A stretch of DNA of 64,000 nt, taken from Tubiluchus corallicola (Eukaryota > Animalia > Priapulida). The translations under genes and the position numbers were made by a program. Positions within the stretch are counted from its first letter, which is position 1; every line of letters begins with the position of its first letter. The stretch is from positions 1-64,000 of the forward strand of contig JAQGDQ010000143.1 in assembly GCA_030141605.1 (NCBI GenBank). The letters run 5' to 3'. The notes under the pieces are model-generated. The model did no database searches, was not told the DNA's origin, and was given only the letters and a program-made list of their open reading frames with translations. Below, piece after piece: positions 54,501 through 64,000 of this stretch.

Positions 54501-57500
54501 GGTGGTGGAAGAATATCTTGTGTTCATTAGAATTTACAGTGACAGGATGTGCCATGACATTAAAATTTGTACTAAGATCTATTAGCTAACATTAAAAAAG
54601 TAAAATTTTATTGACATCTGTATGTTCGATATATAGTTTGTTATAATTAATTTTCAAAAGCTTTTTGCATTCTAGATAGCAGCAAAGATCCATACACCAG
54701 AAGAGCAAGCAGCAGCTAACGTAGATCAAACAAAAACCTCACAAGGGAACACACCTAAACGTCCATTAGAAGAAGCAAACGGTACTCTCACATTCTTTTT
54801 AGATACGCATTTACTTTAATCTTCTTCCGTTCTCTTTTTGATAAATTGCAGATTTTGTCCATGTTTTATTCACTGTATTTCCGTAATATATCTTATGTAA
54901 GCTTTGCCGTTTCCAAATGAAGTTTGTAAAATTTGTAAATTTATAGAAATACATATTTGCCTTAATTTTGGGTTTCAGCTTTTGTGTTTTTTTAGTTTGT
55001 TGCTGTTTCTTGTATCACTTTTCGCAGGTTATATAGTTTCCTTGCTTTGCGTGTTCTGTTTTTTAAATCATCTAGTTTTTAAATGTTTGACATGCATGTC
55101 TGCTTTGAATGTGCATTTTGTCTTCATAGAATTTTTGCATAAACACAACATTTTTGATATTGTTGCGGTACCTTTGACCCTGACCATTATTATTAACTTC
55201 AGTATTGATAATTTTTAACTAGATGCATTTTCTGTTGCAAGTATGGCTAGCTGTCAAACACTGCCCAAGTGTAGCCTTAGTTCAAGCTGATTGCTAAGCT
55301 AAAAAGTAATTAAAAATGATTACTTTTGGAGAGTTATTTAAAATCTCTTTAAAAAGTTTTATTTGAAATTTTTAAACATTTTACCAGATGTGGATTATAG
55401 TGACAGAATCTGTATATTGCCTCAAGTTTGTATGATTTCTTAAAAATTAATAATATTTTACTAATTCTTGGAGTTCACCACTGTCTGTGTATGGTTATTT
55501 TTCTGCAATTTGTTTAACTTCAAGTTTTAGAGCCCAAAATTTATGAACTGTGTACACGTGTGTCATGAATCAGTGTTTACAAATGAATGCACACAAATTC
55601 CTGAAATGCACTAAAAAAACTGCCACACCACATTCTGTTTGCTCATAATTTCGCTTGCGACCAACAATCTAGTAGTAGTTACTTTAATAAACTACTTTGT
55701 TTCTCCTTCTCAAACAATAATTTTTCATCCATTGCATGCATGACACTCAATATGCAGGACTTGTGCTATTACCAAGTTCCTTGTATAGCATACTGCTTTT
55801 ATAGCACGGTGTTGGCTTTTGCTATAAATACGTTTGATTTTGGGGGTGGGGGAGAGCTGCTATCTAACATTGTGTAAGTTTAATTTGTCCATAATGAAAC
55901 TGCATGAAACAGTGAGCAAATAACGCATTGTTATACTGCAGTAAAATGAAAGCGAAGTGATACAACGCAACAGCGTGGTTGTCTAATTTCCTGTTGTATC
56001 CACCAGATATCATTTACTGAATCTGGATCGGATCCGGCGAAATATCGTACCCAGATTCGGATCCGGCACAGCGCTACATATGACGTAAATTTACTGGTTA
56101 TTGGTCATAATTACCAGCTTCAGCCTTTCGTGTTCGTGGAAGTTAGATTCGCTTGTCCCTGTTTCTGAACAAACAAATTACCATCCTAGTAATATTTAGT
56201 TCGTAAACCAATTATCAGTAGGTCTGAAGCCCTTTACTATCTTGCTGATATGTGGTATGGTTCTCGTTTTTCTCCTTCAACTGATGACGTGCTGTCATTA
56301 ATCACCGTTCTTATAAATATACCTCCCAGCCTTTTAGCAAGGTGCTACACATTGTTCTGGCATTTGTTTTTTCATCAGTGATTTAACTGGACAGTTTGAG
56401 ATTGTGTTCTATGCTGGTGGTGCCGTACTATGTTGTACAGTACATATGACAATGTTCCACCGGACAACTCCTGATACGAAGCATGCTCGTTGTTGTGCAG
56501 AGAGAGAGTGCTGACCACATTGTCGATCAGTACTTCGTGAGTGTGTGGCTCAATCACTTTTTTTGCTTAACAGTCAAAAGCAGTTTTAGATTCAGCCCCA
56601 TAAATATTTTTGCTTAATTTGCATAGAACATGGTGCCCATTGTTTGCCTAATTGCAAACAAGCCCATTGTGCTTCAGAATTTGTGCAAGCCTAGCAATGT
56701 TTCTTTGCACACGTACGACATTAAATCTATGATCATGCTTGGAATCAGTTTCGAGTTGGCTTCAAATTGGGACTGATGTTCAATGCAAAAAAAGATGATG
56801 CTTGTGTTCTTTCTCGTTATTCATTAACTGCATTGGCTATTTGTTCACATAACTTGTGTGTAGTTGATCTTAAGTTTAACTGCTTTTGCTGAGATCTAGT
56901 GTGGAAACATTGTACTGAAGTGGCATGTATATATATATATGGACAAAAGTTGGGAGACGTCGATCCGAATTTGTCGATTGTTTGTATTTACCGATAGTAA
57001 GCTAATTTAGTAGGCGCCGTGTGTTAGACTCCCCGTAATATAGAATCAATCACCTAGTTGTCTCAAAAACGTCTAGTACTGGCTCCTGTGCAAAAGTATA
57101 TATAAACTGTCAGCAATTGACTCAAGTAACTCCAATAATTGACTCTATATTTTTATATATAGAGTTATATATAGTGGTTATACCGATGTAATGATGTAAA
57201 GTGATGGCCCGCCAACTAGCGATCAGCTCGCGAAACAGCTGACTGTGTCCATAGTATGCGGGCCTTCTTACAGTTCAGATTTTGCCCGATTCTTCTGATA
57301 TCAGTGAAGTCGAGGTCCAGCAAACCGATATTTGGGTGTACTCATGTTTTATGTTGGAAAATATCTAGCCCGTGAAGTTATTCTCTTTCTACAACTTGTT
57401 TATATATGCAACACTGTGAGGAGTATTAAAACACTATCTGGATTGGGCTTAGTCTGTTTATTTAACTCACTTGACAAATTATGAAATCGTACATCTCAGT

Positions 57501-60500
57501 ATATAGTCATGTTTCCATTTTAAGAACCATATCTGATTTGAATCAACTCTGCAATGCCTTGTTCATCGAAAGTCGCTTCGCTACTTTTTCTCTACATTAG
57601 CAAAGATGCGCTTAAGTTCTTTTTCATTTATTCTTAAATGCTGACAACTTGCTGAGGCTACTCCGGTTATTAAAGCTTTCGTGATTTTACTCTATATAGT
57701 CGTCATTGCAAGACAGCTGCTTGTAAATCCAGTTTTATTCAGCGTGATGAAGTTTGTCAGAATATTATTTCATTTTTTTACTGCAACATCACTTCATTTG
57801 TAGTGTAGCTGTTGCTACCAAATTAGTTTATAAAAATTCTGTTCTGCTAGATCATTTCTGTGTTTTTTCTGTCTTTCTCACGGTAATCCACTACCTTGAG
57901 TGGTCATTCACCTTTGATAGGGCAATTTGTGTTTAAAAAAATAGCCAGCTGGAGTTAATTGGCTGGCAGTTTTTAAGGCTGCAGTCTTTGACATGGCATT
58001 TTGTTAATTTATTTATAGGTGAAGAATCAGACAAGAAACGGTTGGCATCAGAAAACGATCGTAAGTGTCCTGTCCATTTCGAAGGAGTAAATCTCATTTC
58101 ATCGCTGTTATGGGTCAACATAAATTCGACATTCATTTAGCTATCAAATTAATACAAATTTTCAAGATTATTGAACATTAGACTATGGTACTGAACTGTG
58201 CATATCCTTTATATTTGAAGTTCAATGCAAGTCACGAGTTTATGCAAGAGGTAGTAACTGTACAAGCAATTATTGTTGATGTATTTATGATTAACTATGA
58301 ACATATGTTATTTTACTATTAAAATTCAGCAAATTGATAATTCAGTTGCAGACATGCTGAGTTGAAGTATTGGTGTTTAGTGTAACTTCCTGCAATATTT
58401 TTTAGAAGCTCTAACATCAAGCTTCTTATGAAAGTTGGTATTAATTTTGCAATCTTACATTTAGTTTAAATTGCGAATTGCTGTATTGCACATAGTTTTA
58501 CCTTGCAGCATTTGGAGCCCAACTAGCAGCCATAAAGCAACAGGCAGCAGCCATGCAACAAGGAGGATTAGGGCAGCCACGCCATATGGGACTCGGTGCA
58601 GTGACTACAGAGGAGATCTCAGTGCCAGATGGGATGGTCGGCCTTTTGATAGGTCGAGGTGGTGAACAAATTAGTCGTCTACAAGCCGAGTCCGGTGTAA
58701 AAATACAAATAGCTCCGGGTATGTTGTGTCGGTTATTTTATTATCATACCACTGCATGTTACACCTACTAAGACAAGTGTATTCCTGTCCTTAGAGTGGT
58801 AGTAGGTTTAGAAGTAGCAAACAATTATAAGTAATCAAATCAAAAATTGTTGTTCTGAAATAAGGGATTTTTACATGATTATTATAAACGGGCTATTAGT
58901 TCTGTACATAATTTTGAAAATCAACATAGTGTATAAAAATTATGCATTTCTTTTACTAAATTTTATTTTACATCACGTTTAATTTTCAAGCTCTTGACCT
59001 GAGCAACATCTCCTTTTTCTCAAAATTTTTTATTTCCACTTCATTCTTTTCAGATAGTGGAGGTTCTTCAATGAGAGGTTGTACATTAACAGGATCTCCA
59101 GATGCGATTGCGTAAGCAGTTCTAGTTTTAATGCTTCCTTTTGTCAGTTTAGAGCATATTTGTGCCCATTTCTCGTTTACTTGATATTTGATGTTTTGTT
59201 GCCGATTGAATACTTTTACTGATACTGAGGCATTTTATGTAAAGCAAAGATCATAATTACAGTGGCTACTGTAGAAATATCAGTCATACTCATCACATTT
59301 GTAGGCATTGCAAAGGCTTTAAATGAATTTTAGGAACAAATTAATGCCAAAATTCACGTGTTATTAGTGAAAATAAGTGAATTAATAAAAAAGAAAATAA
59401 AAAATTGCATCAACCTGATTATTACTACTAAAAATTGCAAAAATTCGTGCAAGGTCGGTTGCTTCATTTCTTCGCAAAAAGTTGGCTCGTGAAATTCTCA
59501 TAATAATAGAAGCGTTGAAAATCTGTTGCTATATGCTGCACATATTCAACAAGTTACCTAGTGCTTCAGCTGCAGTTGGTGATGACCTTGTTTCCCCTGT
59601 GTAAAACAGCTTGAACTTCAATAGTAAACCGCTAGGCAAGTTATTAAATGTTTAGCTTCCAGAAATAACGAGGTTAACGGCAGCGACAAGCCAGTGACAG
59701 ATTCAAAGCAAAATAGCTACACTAACACGTTAGCGCATATGATAAACGTACTATACCTGCTTACACACACAGCTGTATTTAACATAACCGTTTCTACGTA
59801 TATTATAATACACAAAATCGAAAAAGTAAAAGCTCTTTGGGGCACACACAAGTCCCTTCTTTTAAGTATGTGAAGGAAAACTATTGAGTTAACTGCTAGT
59901 TTCTAATAAAATATCATCTCAGAACACCTGAAAATGGAGAAGAGGCGAAAAGTTCACTGCTATCAAGCGTATATTTGAATAGTGCATTTCTTTTGTTGTA
60001 ACATTAAATTGCTATAGAAAGGCTGCTTTGCTAAATAAGTTAACATAATAAACTGAGCAGTGGTTATGTAAATATATTATATTACTTTCTACATAAAGCA
60101 CTACTATCGAGCTTTACATCAAGCAGTATGCAGCAGATTTAGCACTTTAGTAAATAAATGTGATATGAAGATCATTTTATGTGCAAAATTGTCTAATAGT
60201 GTGTCTGTATTTCAGATCGCAATTTAGGAATACATGTGAATAGGGTGTGTGTGTGTGCGCGTGCGTGCGTGTATGTATATATACGCTTATAGGTACAAAG
60301 GTATATATAGGTATATATACATATATATATATATGTATATATACTTGTAAGAAATAAGCGGTTTCTTATCTGGTTTGTGGAATTTTTCAGAAAATGTCGG
60401 AGCATGATAGATGAAATAGTATCAAAGGCTAATGCAGCTCCGCCTGGATATGGTGGGGGTGGCATGGGTATGATGGGAAACCAAACAATGGAAGTAATGA

Positions 60501-60562
60501 TTCCTGCTAGCAAAGTTGGTCTAGTCATTGGCAAAGGAGGCGAAACGATAAAGAGCTTGCAA
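51539..60562 (+). CDS. FUBP: Far upstream element-binding protein family (FUBP1/KHSRP/FUBP3; Psi-like), 5' part; continues beyond the window
   Basis: Exons 51539-51628 ([10 protein letters not shown]...[10 protein letters not shown]), 54676-54781 (IAAKI...KRPLEE), 58019-58060, 58509-58718 (KH1 [21 protein letters not shown]), 59054-59111 and 60391-60562 (KH2 [21 protein letters not shown]); phases are consistent. Confidence 0.95.
53044..53475. mobile_element. Tigger/pogo-like MITE (432 bp) in FUBP intron 1
   Basis: ta|CAGTGTTCCCTC...GAGGGAACACTG|ta; subterminal CCGCGAAGTAG repeats. Confidence 0.9.
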
Positions 60563-62903
60563 GTAAGTCTCAGTTAATTGTTAGTTCTTGCATATTCAAT
60601 ACAAAATTAGGGTAGCGTGCACTTCAAACACGAACCTTCCTCGGTTGTCTTTAATCTACACCTACTTTTGCAGCATCTGCATGCATTATCACCTACTCTC
60701 TTTAGCATTTATGTTCATCTACATATACCTTGTGTGATATCCACTTTTTTAAAGAGATTTAAAGTATTTCTCTTAATTCGTGCATGCCGAAATTGCCTGT
60801 TTGTTGGTTATATCAGCGAAGTTGGTTGCTGTTAGAAAATACATCACATTTGCGGAGTTTCTAAGAATTGCTTCTGTTTCTGGATCTATCATTGATTGCA
60901 TATGTCTGGTTTTAGAATGTATGAGCATACTTAGCTTATGATTTAGATCAGTTCATAGTTCTGAGTGTGTATTTTGAATAGAAGTCATTCGTGTATCATA
61001 TATCAAACACATTTCAAAGTATTATTACTTGAAGTATGAACCTTTGATTTTCATTTATATGCTGTGTTGATACTATCCTGATTTCTTGTTTATTAACCAT
61101 TCCACATATGTTTCTTGTAAATCGGTCTGTCTACTTAAGTAGTGCTTAAATGTTCAACTTCACACTCTGGAGCAGAAACAGGCAGCATTTGTGTAGGTAA
61201 TGAACCGACAATTATGATCACGTCTGTCTGATTCTTCCACCTGTTTGTCTATGCCTGATATAAAAATCCAGTATAAATAATATGCACCTGCAAGTAAAGT
61301 ATTGATTGGTAATGTACAAATTACAAGCAGCTTTTTCGTAAGTTCCACAACCGTCAAGTTACTAGGTTTTTTGTTTTATAATCATTGGTTTCATAAAAGT
61401 GCACCTAGCAAACTGATCTATTTAAATAAATCTCATACCAGGTGGCAGCACCATTGAATATATGTCTACCGTGCAATGAAACAAAAATTCTTTGCATCAA
61501 GGAATGCAGCATGACCTGTTCAGGTTGAGGTTGAAGTATATGCCTGCTTGTCTTTTGTTTTGTAATTATTGTTTGACTTATATTAAGTGAATTTACCAAG
61601 CTGATATATATATATATATATAGATATATATATGTATATGTAACGTAATAACTTAATCTTTCATATGTCTGCTGTAGTTCAGGCAAAGTTCTTTCTTGGC
61701 ATCAAGGAGTGCAGCATCTCCTATTTCTAAACTGAGTGGCCTTTTACAATATAGTCAAGCTATTGTTGATCATTCTTATCATTATTTGAAATCCTTAGTG
61801 ATGTCCCAGTTACTGTTTGCGATAGGTTCAGTACTGAAAGCGTGTTGTTGTCCCAGCTTCAAAAGTGCAGATGAATACTTGTAGTTTGACAACCCCGTTT
61901 GCAACATCATCTTCCTTGATATATAAAATGTAGCTCTTTATTTATGTAACTTTGAAAAATGGATAAGAACAACATAGACAAAATATGCGATTGGTTTAAG
62001 AAAAACAAGGACAATTTTAAAAGTAGAAAAAATATCGTTAAGTTTGTAAAAAACAAAAACGAATTTCCTTTGGACCATAATTTATATTTTCCTGAACTTC
62101 TGTCACCAATGAGCTCATTCTTGTTGAATGAAAATGTGCATGGTCCGTGTAAGACCGAATTATTTTGTTTGTGGAACTTTTGCATTTAAAAGTCATTCAT
62201 CCATTATATTGAAATAAAAGTAGGCTAAGAAAATTAAATTAAAAATAAACTAGTTCGGGCAACAATACATAATTGTAGATGATTGCTATGAACATGGGAA
62301 TCAGGCTGGATATAAATGAACGAACAATTAAAATAAAATATGAGTCTCAGAATTTTTAGATGACAGAGGCAGTAATTAATCTTTCTACAGAATGAGTTAT
62401 GTACATGATGACTGTATTGCTGAACAGGTGGTTTGATTTTTACATAAGACTAAGTGTTCTCTTTGGACCATTTACTGTGAAAATTTTTTCCTAAGCGAAT
62501 CATCCTGTCTTGTGAGTGTGGAGGCAACAGAAGTGCGACTTGCGCTGGTGGATCCGGATTCATATATGACATGTTGCCCTAATAAATTAAGCGGTTCTAA
62601 ATGCCAAGACGCTGCAAGTTCTTAACGTATGGCATGTACACAATATAATATTGATCTTTATAATGAAAAATATCAGGCAACAATTTTCATGGAGGTAATG
62701 GCTTTTAGCTAAAATTTCATTCTGTGAAATGTGGTGTTAAGTGAGTCTAAAGTCTGTGGATATTATATTGAAACTATGTATAGTCGATTAATTGCACCCC
62801 TTTTCTGTCTTGTAAGAAATGTTCTGTTCTTGCTCGCCGTCCATGGTTGACCATTGATAAACATCTTGGATTAGCATGAGTCCTTCACGGCATGCTAGTG
62901 GGC

Positions 62904-62907
<4 letters not shown>

Positions 62908-62976
<69 letters not shown>

Positions 62977-63022
62977 AGGGAGGGAGGGAGAGGAGGAGGA
63001 GGAGGAGAGGGAGGGATGGAGG
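62908..63022. repeat. (GA)n/(GGA)n purine-rich microsatellite
   Basis: Direct reading. Confidence 0.97.
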
Positions 63023-64000
63023 GGTAACTCTACATTCCAAGTAATTTCATTACACAACAGCAAAACAGAATTTGCAATCCATAGCCCATGATCATTAATT
63101 AGGTGTTTCAAAACAAAAGTGAACATAACTACCTTCATCCCCACTGCAAATAAAATACAGCATATGCAGTAACTTACTAGTCCAAAATGATGTAGGTCTG
63201 CAGAATTAAGGATTATAAGGACTGAGAATATAATTTAATAAAATACTCGATATTAGCATTTAAGCAGAATACTCTTTTTAAATACCAAATAGGCCTAAAT
63301 AAGTAGGGGGCGTACTTTATTCACTACTTTTTTTCACTATAATGACATTGCAAGTCTGAATGTTCTAAAAAAAAATTCTGCATGTGGTATTAAATTTTTG
63401 GTTGATTGAAAAATTTTTTCGTTTACACTTGCTTAATGTTTATCCACACTTTCTCAACTTCGTCTGAGGGAAATGTATTCAGTAAGTACTCGCTTATCTT
63501 CACCTCACTTAGCTACGTTTCGTTTCAACGACGTAAATTTTTTCACACTTTTTACTTAATGTCCCATGTTTTGTTTTAACGATGTTTTTTTTCACATTTA
63601 TTTATGCACTTAATCTTGTTTACTACACTTGCGCTGTATAAATGAAGCCCAATACCTAACCTAGATCAGAGTATGATTATTATTATTTGCCCAACTAAAT
63701 TGGTAGCAGGTAGCCAGACCACGATGATTCATTGTTTCTCACCTTTGGACAAAATTTCTCTATTTGACAAAACATTCTCATAATACTTAGTTAATTGCTA
63801 CGTTCACCTCATTTGCATTGTAGCTGTGGCTAAGAGAGAAAACGACCTTGATAGTGAGCACAACTTTAAAGTAAGACGGAACATCGTAAATGCCATGCAG
63901 TGTGAAGATGCTGGGTGAAAAAAGTGAAAAAAATCTAAGCAACAAACCTTAGATTTTTGTGAAAAGTCAAAGGAGAAAGGGAGGAAAAATGGCGGAAGGA

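Noticed and set aside
61400-62200. Possible nested gene or transposase remnant (ORF 61959-62189 and minus-strand frames)
   Set aside because: No recognisable motif, and the frames I checked are interrupted by stops; cannot be supported.
62788-63144. RE-repeat and SL-repeat ORFs
   Set aside because: (GA)n microsatellite in a FUBP intron.

Overview
AT-rich, intron-rich animal genomic DNA, probably invertebrate; it is not prokaryotic, so most ORF-track entries are exon fragments or noise. Five protein-coding genes can be built by hand from GT-AG splice sites with consistent phases. (1) The 5' EF-hand half of a Ca2+-regulated mitochondrial carrier (SCaMC, SLC25A23/24/25 family, minus strand, 4 coding exons, carrier exons absent). 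(2) Head-to-head with it, a 20-exon, ~826-aa GBP/atlastin-superfamily GTPase (plus strand). (3) A 5-exon DDAH homolog with Ser aligned to the catalytic Cys. (4) An ALDH3/FALDH-like gene with an intronless CDS. (5) The first 6 exons of a FUBP/KHSRP KH-domain gene. CR1 and other LINE fragments, hAT and Tigger-like MITEs and microsatellites are also present. The first 41 bp match Oxford Nanopore ligation adapter and are followed by a ~2.45-kb inverted copy of 11580-14017, so the left end is likely an assembly or haplotype artefact. The best biological lead is the GBP-like GTPase: it has a predicted N-terminal signal peptide in a small exon missed by the ORF track, N-glycosylation sequons, a C-terminal membrane anchor, and His/Gln in place of the conserved P-loop Arg finger and G4 Arg. 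All calls are by-eye, with no database searches.
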